Below, one piece after another: positions 9,836-21,255 of a stretch of DNA of 64,000 bases. Source of the stretch: an uncultured bacterium (GTDB taxonomy: Bacteria > Auribacterota > Erginobacteria > Erginobacterales > Erginobacteraceae); assembly GCA_963822585.1 (NCBI GenBank), contig CAWGIE010000031.1:256001-320000 (forward strand), written 5' to 3'. Both the position numbers and the translations under genes were made by a program. Below the pieces are notes generated by a model. That model ran no database searches. It saw only the letters and a list, made by a program, of their open reading frames with translations, and had not been told where the DNA came from. Position 1 is the first letter of the stretch. Every line of letters begins with the position of its first letter.

Positions 9836-11046
9836 ATCAATCTAAACAGCTTCCCGTATAAAGCCAGTGACTTTTCCCGGTGAAAGTGACCGGATACATA
9901 ATTTTTGCCGTTTTCCCCCAATCGTTTTTTAAGCATCGGGTCGTGATAAAGTTTAAGAACGGCCTCAGCCAGATTAAGGGGAGTTTCTATTTTATTAACC
10001 AATCCCGCTCGAGCTTCATTAATTATCCAACGGGCTTCACTTTCCTTGTTGAGACTGGCAATGATTGGTTTTCCGGCGGCCATATACCCCAGGATCTTGG
10101 AAGGGACGACCGGGGTGCGCATGCTTTTTTTTAGCGTTACCAACCCCACGTCACATCGTACTACTAACGCCGGATAATCTTCCAGGGGGATGAAGGGCAG
10201 CAATATCAAATTATCAAGACCAAGGTCATTTTTCATGGCGGCCGTTTTTGCTTTCTCCGAGCCATCCCCTACCAGCAGAAAGACGATATCGCTGTGATTC
10301 TTTAAGTATTGCGCTGCTTTAACGATAATATCCATATCCTGCGCATATCCCATTATTCCGGCAAATAGAACAATAAATAACCGTTCCGATCTCAGTTCTT
10401 TCGGTAATACATTTCCGGATTTTTTGAGAACATACTTATCGATATCAACCCAATTCGGGATAACCACTACCTTCTCAGGGGCAATCCCGATATTAAGGAT
10501 ATATTCCCGGTTCCCCTGGGAATGGACCGTGATGAACCGGGATTTTTTATAGATAAATTTTTCCAAACAACGGAATATTTTAATCAAGTATTTATTGGTT
10601 AGAACCTTCAGGTCTATTGCGTTTTGTGGGAAAAGATCCTGAACATTAAAGATGAACTTGCTCCCCTGTATCATTTTCATAAAATAAGCAGTCAAACCTA
10701 ATGTCAGGGGGGGAGAATAAACTATAGAAAAGTCTATCTTTCCGATGAATAAACATCCGAGAGCAAAGATGAGTGGAAGCAGCAATTGCCCCACGCCTCT
10801 TTTAAAATGTGTAACGTTGTGAAGAAAAAACGTAGGGAATCGGAAGACCCGAATTCCGTCATGGATCTCCCGGGAAAAAATTCTCCGGCCGGGCGGCAGG
10901 GCTCCGGCAAGATTATAGCGGGGCAGAGAGGTAACAATGGATATTTTATGCCCCTGCGCGGCCAGCCCCTGGGCCAGTTCTTCCATCATCAGGGAAGCCG
11001 ATCTTATTTCCGGTGGGTAGGAGTCGGTTATTAACAGTATATTCAT
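9832..11046 (-). CDS. Glycosyltransferase family 4 (WbuB-like)
   Basis: DSYPPE, YSPPL, VQDLFP, IPNWVD, PSKILGYMAAGKPI. Confidence 0.9.
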   Translation of the reverse strand: MNILLITDSYPPEIRSASLMMEELAQGLAAQGHKISIVTSLPRYNLAGALPPGRRIFSREIHDGIRVFRFPTFFLHNVTHFKRGVGQLLLPLIFALGCLFIGKIDFSIVYSPPLTLGLTAYFMKMIQGSKFIFNVQDLFPQNAIDLKVLTNKYLIKIFRCLEKFIYKKSRFITVHSQGNREYILNIGIAPEKVVVIPNWVDIDKYVLKKSGNVLPKELRSERLFIVLFAGIMGYAQDMDIIVKAAQYLKNHSDIVFLLVGDGSEKAKTAAMKNDLGLDNLILLPFIPLEDYPALVVRCDVGLVTLKKSMRTPVVPSKILGYMAAGKPIIASLNKESEARWIINEARAGLVNKIETPLNLAEAVLKLYHDPMLKKRLGENGKNYVSGHFHREKSLALYGKLFRLM

Positions 11047-11132
11047 TATGAAGATTCAGAGTGGAGATTCTTGTAATTCTGATGTCGGGGGAGGCTACGG
11101 TTTTGGAGTATCGGAAAGTAATCGGGGAGGCT

Positions 11133-13315
11133 TTACCCCCCGTTTATGCAGCCGGACACATCAACATTGACGGGGACTCCTTTCCGGAGAGATTCCTCGA
11201 TCGCGAACGTGGCCGCCGTAGTGTAAAGATACTCCTGGAAATCAACCGGATCTTCTGCTCCGCTCCGAACCCCGTTAAAGAAGGCCAGAAACTCATCTTT
11301 ATGGCCGCGGTCAACATTCATTTTTTTTATCTTTTGTTTTTTGCCGGAGCGGTTAAAGGAAGCTGATTTAAAATTATCGATCAGGCAGACCGAACCACCC
11401 CCGAAGATTTCTATCCGCTCCCGGGGAAATGACTTATCTCCCCCGGCAGTATAGATAATCGATGCCGCTGAGCCATTATCCATTCGCAGACTGATAATTA
11501 GATTATCCCCCTCTCTTTCCGGAGAGGAATCATCGGATATCGATTCGGCGAAAACACGAACGGGCAATGAAGCCGTCAAATATTGAATCGTATCTATGAA
11601 GTGTCCGACTTCACCGATAATTCTCCCCCTCCCTCCAGTCTGTTCCTGACCCAGCTGGAGGGAGAAACAAATCCGGCATTGACGCGACAATTTATCAGTA
11701 AAGGTCCCGTGATTCCGCTTATCCATTCCCGGGCCTGCCTGCTGAAGGGAGAAAAGCGACGATTATAACCAACCATCAACCTCGAGTGCCCGTCATGATA
11801 GGCCCGGAAGATCGCTGAAATCTCTTTACAGTTTAAAGCCAGAGGCTTCTCGACAAATACGTTCTTTCCGTGTCCGAGGCTTTCTATCGTTAAATCGGCA
11901 TGCAGATTATGCCGGGTGGCTATCAGGATACAGTCAATCTCCGGATCGGAGAGCAGTTCTCTGTAATCGGTGGTACAGTAATCGAAACCGAACTTCTTTC
12001 CGGTATGGGCGCCGCTGCTCCCGGTGGCGGTAGCCAACCCTTTTAGCCGGATCCAGGGAATGCTTTTGATGGCCGGAAGAAGCGTTCCCCGGGCGAAAAG
12101 TCCGGCCCCGATCAATCCCACTCCTACCCCGGGCTTTCCGGAAGAGGACGGGCGCGGAGACCGGGCTAAAGTAATCTTTTTCTCCATAGGTCTCCCGGAC
12201 GGATAAGAAAGGATAATGCCGACATAATTTTCGGGTCGGCCGCTGATCACTTCATAGGCCCGGAGAGCCTCGGCGATGGGAAAACAATGGGTAATCAACC
12301 TCTTCAGATCGATCTTCCCATCCGCGCTCAGGGCAAGAAAACTCTGGAGATTACGCCGGGCGCTCCAGCGAACGTGGGAAATAGGATACTCCCTCCCTCT
12401 TTCTTCATAGTCGATATTATCTATTCCTGGTCCGGCTGAATGAGGGACGACCAGCCGCAATTCTTTTTCATAAAAAAGCGGTCGGGGAAGTGTCAGCCCG
12501 ACCAGACCGGGAACGGCGATCAGGGCTCTTTCCCGGGCCAGTTCCGCCCCGAATTCCACCGGGCGGAGACTATCGGTCGCGGCTAAAATAATTACCGCGT
12601 CCGCCCCGGCGCCCCCCGTCATTTCACCGACCGCCTCTCTGACCTCGGCTTCATCCGTAAAAGCCGCATCCGCTCCCAGCTCCCGGGCCAGTTCAACCTT
12701 CCTCATCTCGGGATCATAGCCGACCACCCGGGCGCCGGAAGACTTGAGCAGTTGCACTGAGATCAGACCCAGCAGACCCAGCCCGATCACGGCTACCGTG
12801 TCTCCTAGCCCGGCGCTGAGAAGCCGAACGCCATGAAGGGCAATCGCGCCCACCCCCGCAAACGCCGCTTCCTCATCGCTGACTCCGGGAGGAATCCGGG
12901 CGCAGAGGTTTTTCGGGATAAAGTTTATCTCCGCGTGAGAAGCCCATCCGCTTCCAAAACAAGCCACCCGGTCTCCCTGCCTGAATTCATCGACGCCGCG
13001 GCCCGTTTCTATCACCACTCCACTGCAGCTGTACCCGAGAGGGACGGGAGAATCGAGCCGGCCCAGCGCCTGGCGGTAGGCCTCCAGTACCCCCTCCGTC
13101 TGGACCTTCTGCCATACCTTCTTCACCAGATCGGGGCGACTGGCGGCCTTACCCAGTAAGGTTTTCTGGGCCAGCCGCAGCCCTGACTTTTCCGTGCCCG
13201 GGCTGATCAATGAACACAAGCTCTGGACTAATACCCCCCCCTCCCGGCAGACGGGGACCGGCACTTCCAAAACCAGGAGTGCTCCCGATTTATATGACTG
13301 GATTACCTGCTTCAT
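11133..13315 (-). pseudogene. Bi-domain oxidoreductase (Zn-ADH-like + Gfo/Idh/MocA), split by a 1-bp frameshift at ~11625-11629
   Basis: MKQV start at 13315; ISPGTE, PLGYS, GLGLLG, GLIGAGLFA, EKPL, VGYNRRFSP. Frame ends ...WVRNRLEGGG-ELSVKSDTS*, while the overlapping ORF 11133..11726 carries the expected continuation RIIGEVGHFID...KSFPRERIE...DRGH. Confidence 0.85.
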
Positions 13316-14441
13316 AAGCTTGTTGGAACACCTTAAGAGTTCTACGAGCAGTTTTCTCCCAGGAGAAATCATTGATCCGCAGTTTGCCTTTTGCGATCAA
13401 GCGGTTCCTCAACTGCACATCATCTATTAAGATTTTTATCTTTTCTTCCATCTCTTCCTGATTGAAAGGATCAAAATATACGGCGGCGTCACCAAGAATT
13501 TCTCGCATTACTTCAGTATCAGCCGCCGCAACCGGCACCCCGGAAATCATCGCTTCCAGAGAAGGGTGCCCGAATGTCTCTAAATACGAGGGGAAGACAA
13601 ATAACTCCGCCCGGGAATACACCTCCGGCATGAGCCAATAGCCGATTTTTCCTGCCAGGATCACTTTAGATCGAAGATCTTCTTTATTTATATAATCTTC
13701 CAGTAATCGGAAATAATCGGGATCCTGGTTCCCGCCTACAATCACCAGGGGAATTTCAATTATATCTCTCTTTGAAATCAAATTCCGGTAAGCCTTGATG
13801 AGGTTTAAAAAATTTTTATAAAAATATACCGTCGAAACCGCCAGAATATATCGCCGGGGAAGAGCGGCCAGCTTCCCTTGATATTTATTATCAGTGGGAA
13901 AACTAAAGATCGGATTTGCTCCATGGTGAACTGCGATTGTTTTTTCCGGCTTTAACAGTAATTTATTACTTACCGCGGCGCGGGAAGCTTCCGAAACAAA
14001 AATGATTCTTGTCGCTTTATGGACAGACCTTCTGGAAAGATACCGCAGTATATTCAGTCGCAATCTATCTTTTCCTTTCCAGGGAATTTTATTGTCAGTG
14101 AAGAGGGTGGGATTTCTGAGGGCCAAAACCACGGGACATGGCGCCAGCAGAGTGCCGGTATCGGCGGGAGAATATAGGATATCTATTTTATGTTTCCGGA
14201 TAATAAACGGCAATATCAGCTGCTCATATAATCCGCGCAGGATGGGGGGCTGGGGAGGCAAGAGGACTCTCTCTATCCGGAATCGGGAAGAAAGACCGGA
14301 AAAAACGGAGGGACAATCCCGGGAGACCAGAACCAGGTATTGATTGACGCTGTCAACCCGATCAAGCGCCGGCAATAAATTAATTAAATACGTTAACCCC
14401 CCGCCGGCATTCGCGGAGAGAGCATTAACAACAATTTTCAT
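13290..14441 (-). CDS. Glycosyltransferase family 4 (MtfB/WbaZ-like)
   Basis: GGGLTY, VSEASR, KNF, FVFPSYLETFGHPSLEAM..G.PV, YFDP, FSWEKTA. Confidence 0.92.
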   Translation of the reverse strand: MKIVVNALSANAGGGLTYLINLLPALDRVDSVNQYLVLVSRDCPSVFSGLSSRFRIERVLLPPQPPILRGLYEQLILPFIIRKHKIDILYSPADTGTLLAPCPVVLALRNPTLFTDNKIPWKGKDRLRLNILRYLSRRSVHKATRIIFVSEASRAAVSNKLLLKPEKTIAVHHGANPIFSFPTDNKYQGKLAALPRRYILAVSTVYFYKNFLNLIKAYRNLISKRDIIEIPLVIVGGNQDPDYFRLLEDYINKEDLRSKVILAGKIGYWLMPEVYSRAELFVFPSYLETFGHPSLEAMISGVPVAAADTEVMREILGDAAVYFDPFNQEEMEEKIKILIDDVQLRNRLIAKGKLRINDFSWEKTARRTLKVFQQAYEAGNPVI

Positions 14442-15964
14442 GGGGAATGTTTTTTTAATACAACCAACGTATTATATATATAATAAATCATTGAATTAAC
14501 AACCATTATAATTATTATCCATCTGAGCCAGAGGATGCAATATTTGGCGAAATATGTTTCGAATTGAGCCAAAATCGGAAGAGCGAGAATATATACAATA
14601 ATGCCGTCACTGCGGTAAAATACTAACCGCTCAACTAATGCCAGAAATACAGACAGAATGCCGGCCCCTATAATTACGCCAATGATTCCACCGTCAGCAT
14701 AGATAGAAGAAAAAATAGTAACTGTCTGATCGCGATGAGCCAACTCAAAATGCTGGAGAATTTCCCCTTCAGATCCCCAGGTCGGTTTCCCGGGCCAGAG
14801 AATCCGTGGGACGGTTTTGAGACTGACCAGCCAATTGTGTCTTCCGGACATAAAAGGAATATTATAATTCAGGTGAGCATTCATTACGGCCGCCGGAAAA
14901 TCAAGCCCGGTAACTCGTTTTTTCAAGTTTTGTATTAATAGGTTCCCAGCCCGGGAAATGTGAGTTAATTGCTCGGACTCGATAATAGACCTGGTGCGAA
15001 TAAGGATACTTTTTTCTTCTTGCCGGTACCTTTGCACCGATCTGTCACTCGTTCCGACGACTTTAACTATCCAGATGAGCATGAATAATCCCACCACAAT
15101 CACACCGGTTGTAATAACCGATTTAAATTTAAATCCTTTTCCGGAAAACAAGCCATAAGTCAAAGCCGCTATCAGGGAAGAGTAAAACAACATTCTCCTG
15201 CTTTGAAAGGCAAAAAATTGTGGAAGGAGAAGAAGAAGAAGAATGACACCCAACAGGAACTTTCCACCTAATTTCTTTTGGCGGATAATCAACATACCTA
15301 TCATTATCCAGCTTATGTTCAGCAGATAATGACTGGACTTGGCCAGAATATTCGCCCCTTCTTCATCGGCCCCAACAAAGGTAAATGAATGCATAACATA
15401 GGTTCTGGTCATATAAACAAAAACAGCCGTGCAGATAACATACCAGGTTAAGGCATAGGAAGAAAAAACACGCTGAATCCTGTATGAAAAAAAATTATTA
15501 TGCGCGGATTGGAGATACTCGTTCACCGATAACCACTTAATCATGATTCGATAAATATAATCAAAGATCCATAAACCGGCCGTAAATATAAGCAGCACGG
15601 GCAGATAAAATTCTTTTGCCCCATAGTTAATGACATATTGATCCGGATCGGCGAATATAAACAAGTTCCCAATTCCAAAATAGACAAATCCGTGCAGGAG
15701 TATGATCGTGTGGGGAGATAGATAGCAGAATATTCCCGGGTGAACGGGACTGGTCCACCACCTGAAACAGACTATAGTCAACAGAAGCATACAGATGGAG
15801 AACTGGATAACCAGCATACTATCCCGAAATGGGTTGAGGATAAACAGGCAGACAATACCAAGACCCACCGCGCTCCAGTAAATACACATTTTCCTTCTGG
15901 AAATAATGTCATCAGCGGGAAAATGAAGATTATTTTCAGGTCCATTCATATTTTTCCCGGGCAC
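14438..15964 (-). CDS. Polytopic membrane protein, probable Wzy-type polysaccharide polymerase
   Basis: ~10-11 hydrophobic segments, large periplasmic loop with VPRILWPGKP, YADGGIIGV; position inside a Wzx/Wzc cluster. Confidence 0.7.
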   Translation of the reverse strand: MPGKNMNGPENNLHFPADDIISRRKMCIYWSAVGLGIVCLFILNPFRDSMLVIQFSICMLLLTIVCFRWWTSPVHPGIFCYLSPHTIILLHGFVYFGIGNLFIFADPDQYVINYGAKEFYLPVLLIFTAGLWIFDYIYRIMIKWLSVNEYLQSAHNNFFSYRIQRVFSSYALTWYVICTAVFVYMTRTYVMHSFTFVGADEEGANILAKSSHYLLNISWIMIGMLIIRQKKLGGKFLLGVILLLLLLPQFFAFQSRRMLFYSSLIAALTYGLFSGKGFKFKSVITTGVIVVGLFMLIWIVKVVGTSDRSVQRYRQEEKSILIRTRSIIESEQLTHISRAGNLLIQNLKKRVTGLDFPAAVMNAHLNYNIPFMSGRHNWLVSLKTVPRILWPGKPTWGSEGEILQHFELAHRDQTVTIFSSIYADGGIIGVIIGAGILSVFLALVERLVFYRSDGIIVYILALPILAQFETYFAKYCILWLRWIIIIMVVNSMIYYIYNTLVVLKKHSP

Positions 15965-17130
15965 CCTTTGTCCCCCCCACGAAATCCCTCAGACAATATC
16001 CGGCTGTATTGCTCGAAAACAACCTCACCATAATCATCCCAGCTGAATTTGTCGTTCGCCTTTCTTCGGGCAGCACGACCCATTTCCGCGCAGACCTCTC
16101 GATTTTGATAAAGAAAAACCAGCCGCTCCTTCAAAGCGTCAAGATCACACACGGGGATAATAAACCCTTCCTTCCCATCTTCAATAATGTCCTCTCCCCC
16201 CGAGTTGGTTGTGCATATAATCGGAAGGCCGCAAGCCATCGCCTGAACCTGGACCATGGCCAGACCTTCCTGGAGCGTGGGAATTACAAAAACCGATCCC
16301 TGTGAATAATAGCGGTACAGCTCTTTTTCCGGTTTATGGCCAAGCCAGGTATAATTCCCCGCATATTTTTTTAAAAACGGCTTAATCGAGTCGGTAATAC
16401 CGCCTATCAACCATACCTCTGATCGGGAGAGTCGCAGCTCTGAGAAGGCCTGAAGTAGATAATGAATCCCTTTCTGAATACTGATCCGTCCGGCATAGAT
16501 TATTCTGAAGATGTCATCTTCTTTGGGTATGGGCCGAAACAGAGAGAGGTCGACACCAGGGGTGCTTTGAATGATCCGCTCGGCCGGAATACCTTTTTCC
16601 TGAAATGTTCTCCGGGCAAACGAACTGAGAACTTCAATGTAATCCGCTTCTTCATATTCCTGCAGTTCTTTCTCCACTATTTTATCCGCAGGCAGATCCG
16701 GGGCCAATCCCAGTTTTTCATACTCCTGACGTAATATATCCCGTTGATAGATAATATGGGCGCTTCCTCTCTGGATGATGGTGATAGCTCCCAGTGCTCT
16801 GGCGCGGCGCATGGTATGAAGGGAAAAGCTGGACCACCCGATGAAAATATCGCATTCACTGACTATTTTCGCGGCCCGGCGGTCAAAAAGATCGCTGACC
16901 AAGAACCGGATATCGTAAAAAGAACGGAAAGAAGCAGGTAGTTTTTGCCAGCTTCTGAATAGAATCTCTTTAATAATAATCGATCGGACCTTTTCGGAGG
17001 GGAGGCCATATTTTCGGGCCCAGAAACGCGGGTAAGACGTTATTATTTCCTTCAGGGCATTTCGTCGCAATAACTGCTGGGCCAGAAAAAATGCATGGAA
17101 GCGCCCGCCTACACTGATAACAATCTTCAC
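15946..17130 (-). CDS. Glycosyltransferase family 4
   Basis: GRFHAF, GVDL..F, QKGIHYL, FVIPTLQEGLAMVQVQAMACGLP. Confidence 0.92.
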   Translation of the reverse strand: MKIVISVGGRFHAFFLAQQLLRRNALKEIITSYPRFWARKYGLPSEKVRSIIIKEILFRSWQKLPASFRSFYDIRFLVSDLFDRRAAKIVSECDIFIGWSSFSLHTMRRARALGAITIIQRGSAHIIYQRDILRQEYEKLGLAPDLPADKIVEKELQEYEEADYIEVLSSFARRTFQEKGIPAERIIQSTPGVDLSLFRPIPKEDDIFRIIYAGRISIQKGIHYLLQAFSELRLSRSEVWLIGGITDSIKPFLKKYAGNYTWLGHKPEKELYRYYSQGSVFVIPTLQEGLAMVQVQAMACGLPIICTTNSGGEDIIEDGKEGFIIPVCDLDALKERLVFLYQNREVCAEMGRAARRKANDKFSWDDYGEVVFEQYSRILSEGFRGGDKGCPGKI

Positions 17131-17156
17131 AATATCGGTCTCTTTACAATAATGAT

Positions 17157-18731
17157 TTAATCCAGGTACCCTAACGCCTTCAAGCGATTTCTGACTTCTT
17201 TCTCCTGTTGGTTATTCCACCGGAAAGCTTGAGGCGTCTTGAAATTATATGAGCTAAACTTTATCTTACTTTCCGCCGGTACACTTCCCGGCTGGAAAAT
17301 ATCAATTAATACCTTTCCATCAACTTCTTCCGGCAACGGTAATCCCTGGAGGTGATAAATGGTCGGGGCGATATCATATATTTCGGCGTTTAGCTTCAAA
17401 CCATTCTTTATGTCCGGGCCTTTGGCCATAAATATTCCTTCCATACGGTGAGCCGGACCGGGAAGTCCCCCTGAAGGGATCTTTTTGATTACTTTATCGG
17501 CTAATACTTCCTGCCCTGAATATGAGTCCGTGAATACAATAACGATCTCCGGGATCTGATCGGCATACGGGCCCCGGTAAATTTCTTCCCGCAAAAATAT
17601 TCCTTGGAATAACTTTCCTGCGCCGGCATTTCGTTCCAGGTCATGCAAACCATCAATTATATATTTTCGTAATTTCCGGCTTTCCTCCCGGTCTGAATCC
17701 CGGATATTTATTTTAATATAGCCGGTATTATAATCACCCGATATATACACCGCGCGGGTATCTGCCCAGTCCACCTGGTTGGACTTCAACCTGGTTGTAA
17801 TCAATAATTTTTCTTTCAAGCGCGGGGAAGTATTCTGTTTTATCAGGCGGGCGCCGGGAAGTTTCCCCGCAGTGCGTAGGTGACTCCCGATAAAATTCCG
17901 GAGCCTATACATTACTCTATCTTTTGAATGTAATAAGCCGCGGCCTTTCAGCCAGGTATTTAGGTACAGATAGTTCCGCGTCTGCTTGCCGAATCCATGA
18001 TCGGAGATAATAAAAATTACGGTTGAAGAGGGTAACGTCCTTTCCAGGCGGCAAAAATAATCATCCACATATGTAAAATACCGAAGAATCTGTTCTTTTC
18101 CCTTCTCCCCCCGATTGAAGAAAAAATGCTGGATCCAATCTGTGCCGGAAAGAACAAATGTGAAAAAATCCCAGGGTTCTTCATGGAGAAAATATGAGAG
18201 GGCTTTGAACTGACAATGAGTAAAAGAGTATAAATTTTTAAGAAAATATTCCGGAGAAGCTTCGTATTTTTTGAAATTCAATGCCGGCCGATATCCCGGA
18301 GGAAGAGATCGCTTCAATTCAACCGGATAAGTGTAATTTTCTGCCGCACTCGGCGTTAAAAATCCCGAAACCATGAATCCGTTAACCCGGTTGGGGGGAT
18401 AGGTCAGGGGAACCGCCATGACCCCTACTTTTTTCCGGTGATAACTAAATATGTCCCATATTCTAGGGACAGTGATATGAGTGGAATTAACTATTGAGTT
18501 TTCCCCACCCTTACTTTTTTCTTCAAAACCAATAATCCCGGTTTTGCCGGGATTCATCCCGCTCATAGCGGAGCTCCAGGCCGGACCGGTGATTGGCGGA
18601 ATCGTGCTCGATAAACGTCCAAACACACCTTCCTCGATAACCCGGCTTAAAAATGGCAATTCGGATCGATGTTCCTCGATAAAAAAAGGATCAGCACCGT
18701 CAAGCCCAAGCAATAGAATTTTCGGCGTCAT
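17157..18731 (-). CDS. Alkaline phosphatase family / type I nucleotide pyrophosphatase-phosphodiesterase-like protein
   Basis: LLGLDGA, STIPPITGPAWSS..G.NPGKTG, DWIQH, ISDHGF, H...GIF, DIAPTI; ends RLKALGYLD. Confidence 0.88.
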   Translation of the reverse strand: MTPKILLLGLDGADPFFIEEHRSELPFLSRVIEEGVFGRLSSTIPPITGPAWSSAMSGMNPGKTGIIGFEEKSKGGENSIVNSTHITVPRIWDIFSYHRKKVGVMAVPLTYPPNRVNGFMVSGFLTPSAAENYTYPVELKRSLPPGYRPALNFKKYEASPEYFLKNLYSFTHCQFKALSYFLHEEPWDFFTFVLSGTDWIQHFFFNRGEKGKEQILRYFTYVDDYFCRLERTLPSSTVIFIISDHGFGKQTRNYLYLNTWLKGRGLLHSKDRVMYRLRNFIGSHLRTAGKLPGARLIKQNTSPRLKEKLLITTRLKSNQVDWADTRAVYISGDYNTGYIKINIRDSDREESRKLRKYIIDGLHDLERNAGAGKLFQGIFLREEIYRGPYADQIPEIVIVFTDSYSGQEVLADKVIKKIPSGGLPGPAHRMEGIFMAKGPDIKNGLKLNAEIYDIAPTIYHLQGLPLPEEVDGKVLIDIFQPGSVPAESKIKFSSYNFKTPQAFRWNNQQEKEVRNRLKALGYLD

Positions 18732-18739
18732 AATAACTT

Positions 18740-20176
18740 TTATTTCCGAGCAAATGCTTCTTTGTATTTAAAGAAATCAGACATAATCTGTCGTTTTCCC
18801 AATAAAAGCAATATGATCAGATATATCGCCAGAAATATGATTACTTCTATGAAAATTGCCGGAATAGATGAAGCCATAGTAAGTTTACACCCAATCCAGC
18901 CCGTCAGAGCCGCGGCCGGTCCGGCAGCTAAAAATATTGGCAACAGGTTTCGAATTAGTCTGGTAGGAAGGATTTCCCGGGTTTTATGATAAATAACACC
19001 GGCCCCGGTGAATTGAACAATAGTCAAGGTTAGTACCGCACCCCGGTTGCCGAACAGATAAACCAGCGGTATTATAAGCAGGATAAATATAAAAGTCTGA
19101 ATCCTCACGGCATTGAGAAGGTTTTCCGGGAGGCCCATAGCTAAGTGAACATGCTTATTTAAAGCAATGAACGGAACGGCGAGAGACCAGGGAAGAGAAA
19201 GAACCATTAAAGGCGCACTGGCCGCCCAATTAGAACCGAACAAAACATCCACAATTTCACGGGCCAGTAAAGCCTGGAGGACGGAAAATGGAACAATAAT
19301 TCTAAACATATTACGCAAAATAAAATCAAATGCACTTGCTTTGTTATCTATCGACACGCTTTTGCGTGAAAACGTAGCCAGAATAACCTGATTAATAGGC
19401 ATCATAACCAGCGCATGGAGAGTTCTGGTAAATCTCCAGGCCATACTATATATTCCCAAAGAAGCCGCGCCGATCAATGTACCAACCACGATATAATCTC
19501 CCTGATTTATTATTTGATTGAGGATGGAGGAGTAAAATATCTTGCGACCGAAAGAGAAAAACCACCGGATCGTTTTTCTCTCCCACTTTAACCGAGGGCG
19601 GTAGGAAGAAAAAATTGAGATGCCTATTGCGGGGAGCACCAGGGACAGAGATTGAAACAGAATCAGAGACCACAGACCACAGCCGATGCCGGCGGCTCCG
19701 ATCCCCAAACATGAGGCGAGAAAGGCTCCCCCCAGATCAATTATCCCCATTCTTTTTAAAGACAGCGACCTGACCATAACCGCGCGGGGGACGGTGGACA
19801 TAATACCCAGCAATTTCGGAAAAAAGAGGATCAGGAAAACCTTGATCTCCAGGGGAGAATAGACTTGACTTAATCCAAACAGGAGCAGAGGAAGGGCAAG
19901 CAGAAGTGCCAGGCAATAGATACCTGTCAGGGTAAATAAATTATCGGCAAGTTGATTGTCCCCCTCCTTCTCCTGGACGATAGCCGCGTCCACCCCCCAA
20001 CTTCCCAGGAGGCCTACAAATTCCAGGACTGTGGCCGCCAGAACCACCACTCCGAAAATTTCGGGAAGAAGCAGGCGGGCCAGAATGATCTGGACTAAAA
20101 ATCTCAGCCCGAAGACGCAGTTATTGAGCAAGGTCAGAAATGTGGTCTCTTTAATCGCTTTTTGCCCCAGGCTCAC
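18740..20176 (-). CDS. wzx: Oligosaccharide flippase (Wzx/WzxC, MOP superfamily)
   Basis: ILARLLLPEIFG, GLWSLI, D.IVVG..G...LGIYS.A; ~12-14 TM. Confidence 0.88.
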   Translation of the reverse strand: MSLGQKAIKETTFLTLLNNCVFGLRFLVQIILARLLLPEIFGVVVLAATVLEFVGLLGSWGVDAAIVQEKEGDNQLADNLFTLTGIYCLALLLALPLLLFGLSQVYSPLEIKVFLILFFPKLLGIMSTVPRAVMVRSLSLKRMGIIDLGGAFLASCLGIGAAGIGCGLWSLILFQSLSLVLPAIGISIFSSYRPRLKWERKTIRWFFSFGRKIFYSSILNQIINQGDYIVVGTLIGAASLGIYSMAWRFTRTLHALVMMPINQVILATFSRKSVSIDNKASAFDFILRNMFRIIVPFSVLQALLAREIVDVLFGSNWAASAPLMVLSLPWSLAVPFIALNKHVHLAMGLPENLLNAVRIQTFIFILLIIPLVYLFGNRGAVLTLTIVQFTGAGVIYHKTREILPTRLIRNLLPIFLAAGPAAALTGWIGCKLTMASSIPAIFIEVIIFLAIYLIILLLLGKRQIMSDFFKYKEAFARK

Positions 20177-21255
20177 TTTATAAATCCCGATTGCCCGGCG
20201 CAGATTTTAAGCAAAGTATTAACCCGGTCCCGAATAGTGTGTCTGCCGGCTCTAACCTTCTTTAATCCGGCGATGGCAATCTTCTCCCGTTCCCGGTCAT
20301 GATGAAGATAATAACGGACCTTGTCCCGGAGTTCCTCCCCGGAGGTAAATGTGACTATTTCCCTCCCTTCATCGAAGTGCTCCATGAGTTCCTCCGATCG
20401 CTGGGAAAGAACAAAGACTCCACAGGCCGGCAGCTCAAATGCCCGTGGGTTGAGGGTATCTCGATTTTCCTTCCGGAGAAAATTAAGAGCGATCCTGCTG
20501 GAATTTGCGGCTTTGGAAAAATCCATCTCCTGGTTGGAGAGGCAATACGGTTTCCGATAACATTTTCTCAGAGCAGCGGAAACCTTCCATTTATTCCATC
20601 CCCGTCCCCAGATAGATAGGGACAGATCAGCTATCATTTCCATCTCCCGGGCTCTTCCCGTTTCATAATTGCCGATAAAAACCACGTCGCTGAAGTAACG
20701 ATCATACTCATCCCGGGTGGGCTGTATCGGAATATATAGGGAGGAATCATAGCCGAAAGGCAGATAGTGAACTTCCCGTGCCCCTCTTGCTCGCAATTCC
20801 GGTACGTTTATTTTTTTAGTTGGAAAAAAATAGTGATAATACGGGATAGCGGCTTCCAAATCAAAGAATCGATTGCCGGCGGCCCGGGAAAAATAATCAT
20901 CATGATTGATATTGATAATCGTCGGGGCCCGGGGTTGTTCTGATATTTCCCGTAAAGTTTCAGGGAAAATTTCCACTCCTTTGGCTATGACCAAACTGGT
21001 CGGTTTGAATTGAACAACGTTCTTGATAAGTTCCCGATTATACCGAATGAGTTTAGATTTTCTGGTCAGCCGGTTGATAATTTTTGACGAGAGTGAGAAT
21101 GAAAATGGGAAATAAGCTCGCCGATTAAATAACATCACCCGATAACCGAAACTGCTGAAAGCTCGGGCATAACTCTGGCCGGCGGCACACAGACCGACAG
21201 GGGCTACAATGACCACTCTTTTTGCCTTACCTGGAGTATTCATGGTGTGAATCAT
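20173..21255 (-). CDS. CgeB/YkvP-like glycosyltransferase (GT-B)
   Basis: DVVFIG, IALNF, LNPRAFELPACG, FDEGREIVTF. Confidence 0.85.
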   Translation of the reverse strand: MIHTMNTPGKAKRVVIVAPVGLCAAGQSYARAFSSFGYRVMLFNRRAYFPFSFSLSSKIINRLTRKSKLIRYNRELIKNVVQFKPTSLVIAKGVEIFPETLREISEQPRAPTIININHDDYFSRAAGNRFFDLEAAIPYYHYFFPTKKINVPELRARGAREVHYLPFGYDSSLYIPIQPTRDEYDRYFSDVVFIGNYETGRAREMEMIADLSLSIWGRGWNKWKVSAALRKCYRKPYCLSNQEMDFSKAANSSRIALNFLRKENRDTLNPRAFELPACGVFVLSQRSEELMEHFDEGREIVTFTSGEELRDKVRYYLHHDREREKIAIAGLKKVRAGRHTIRDRVNTLLKICAGQSGFIK

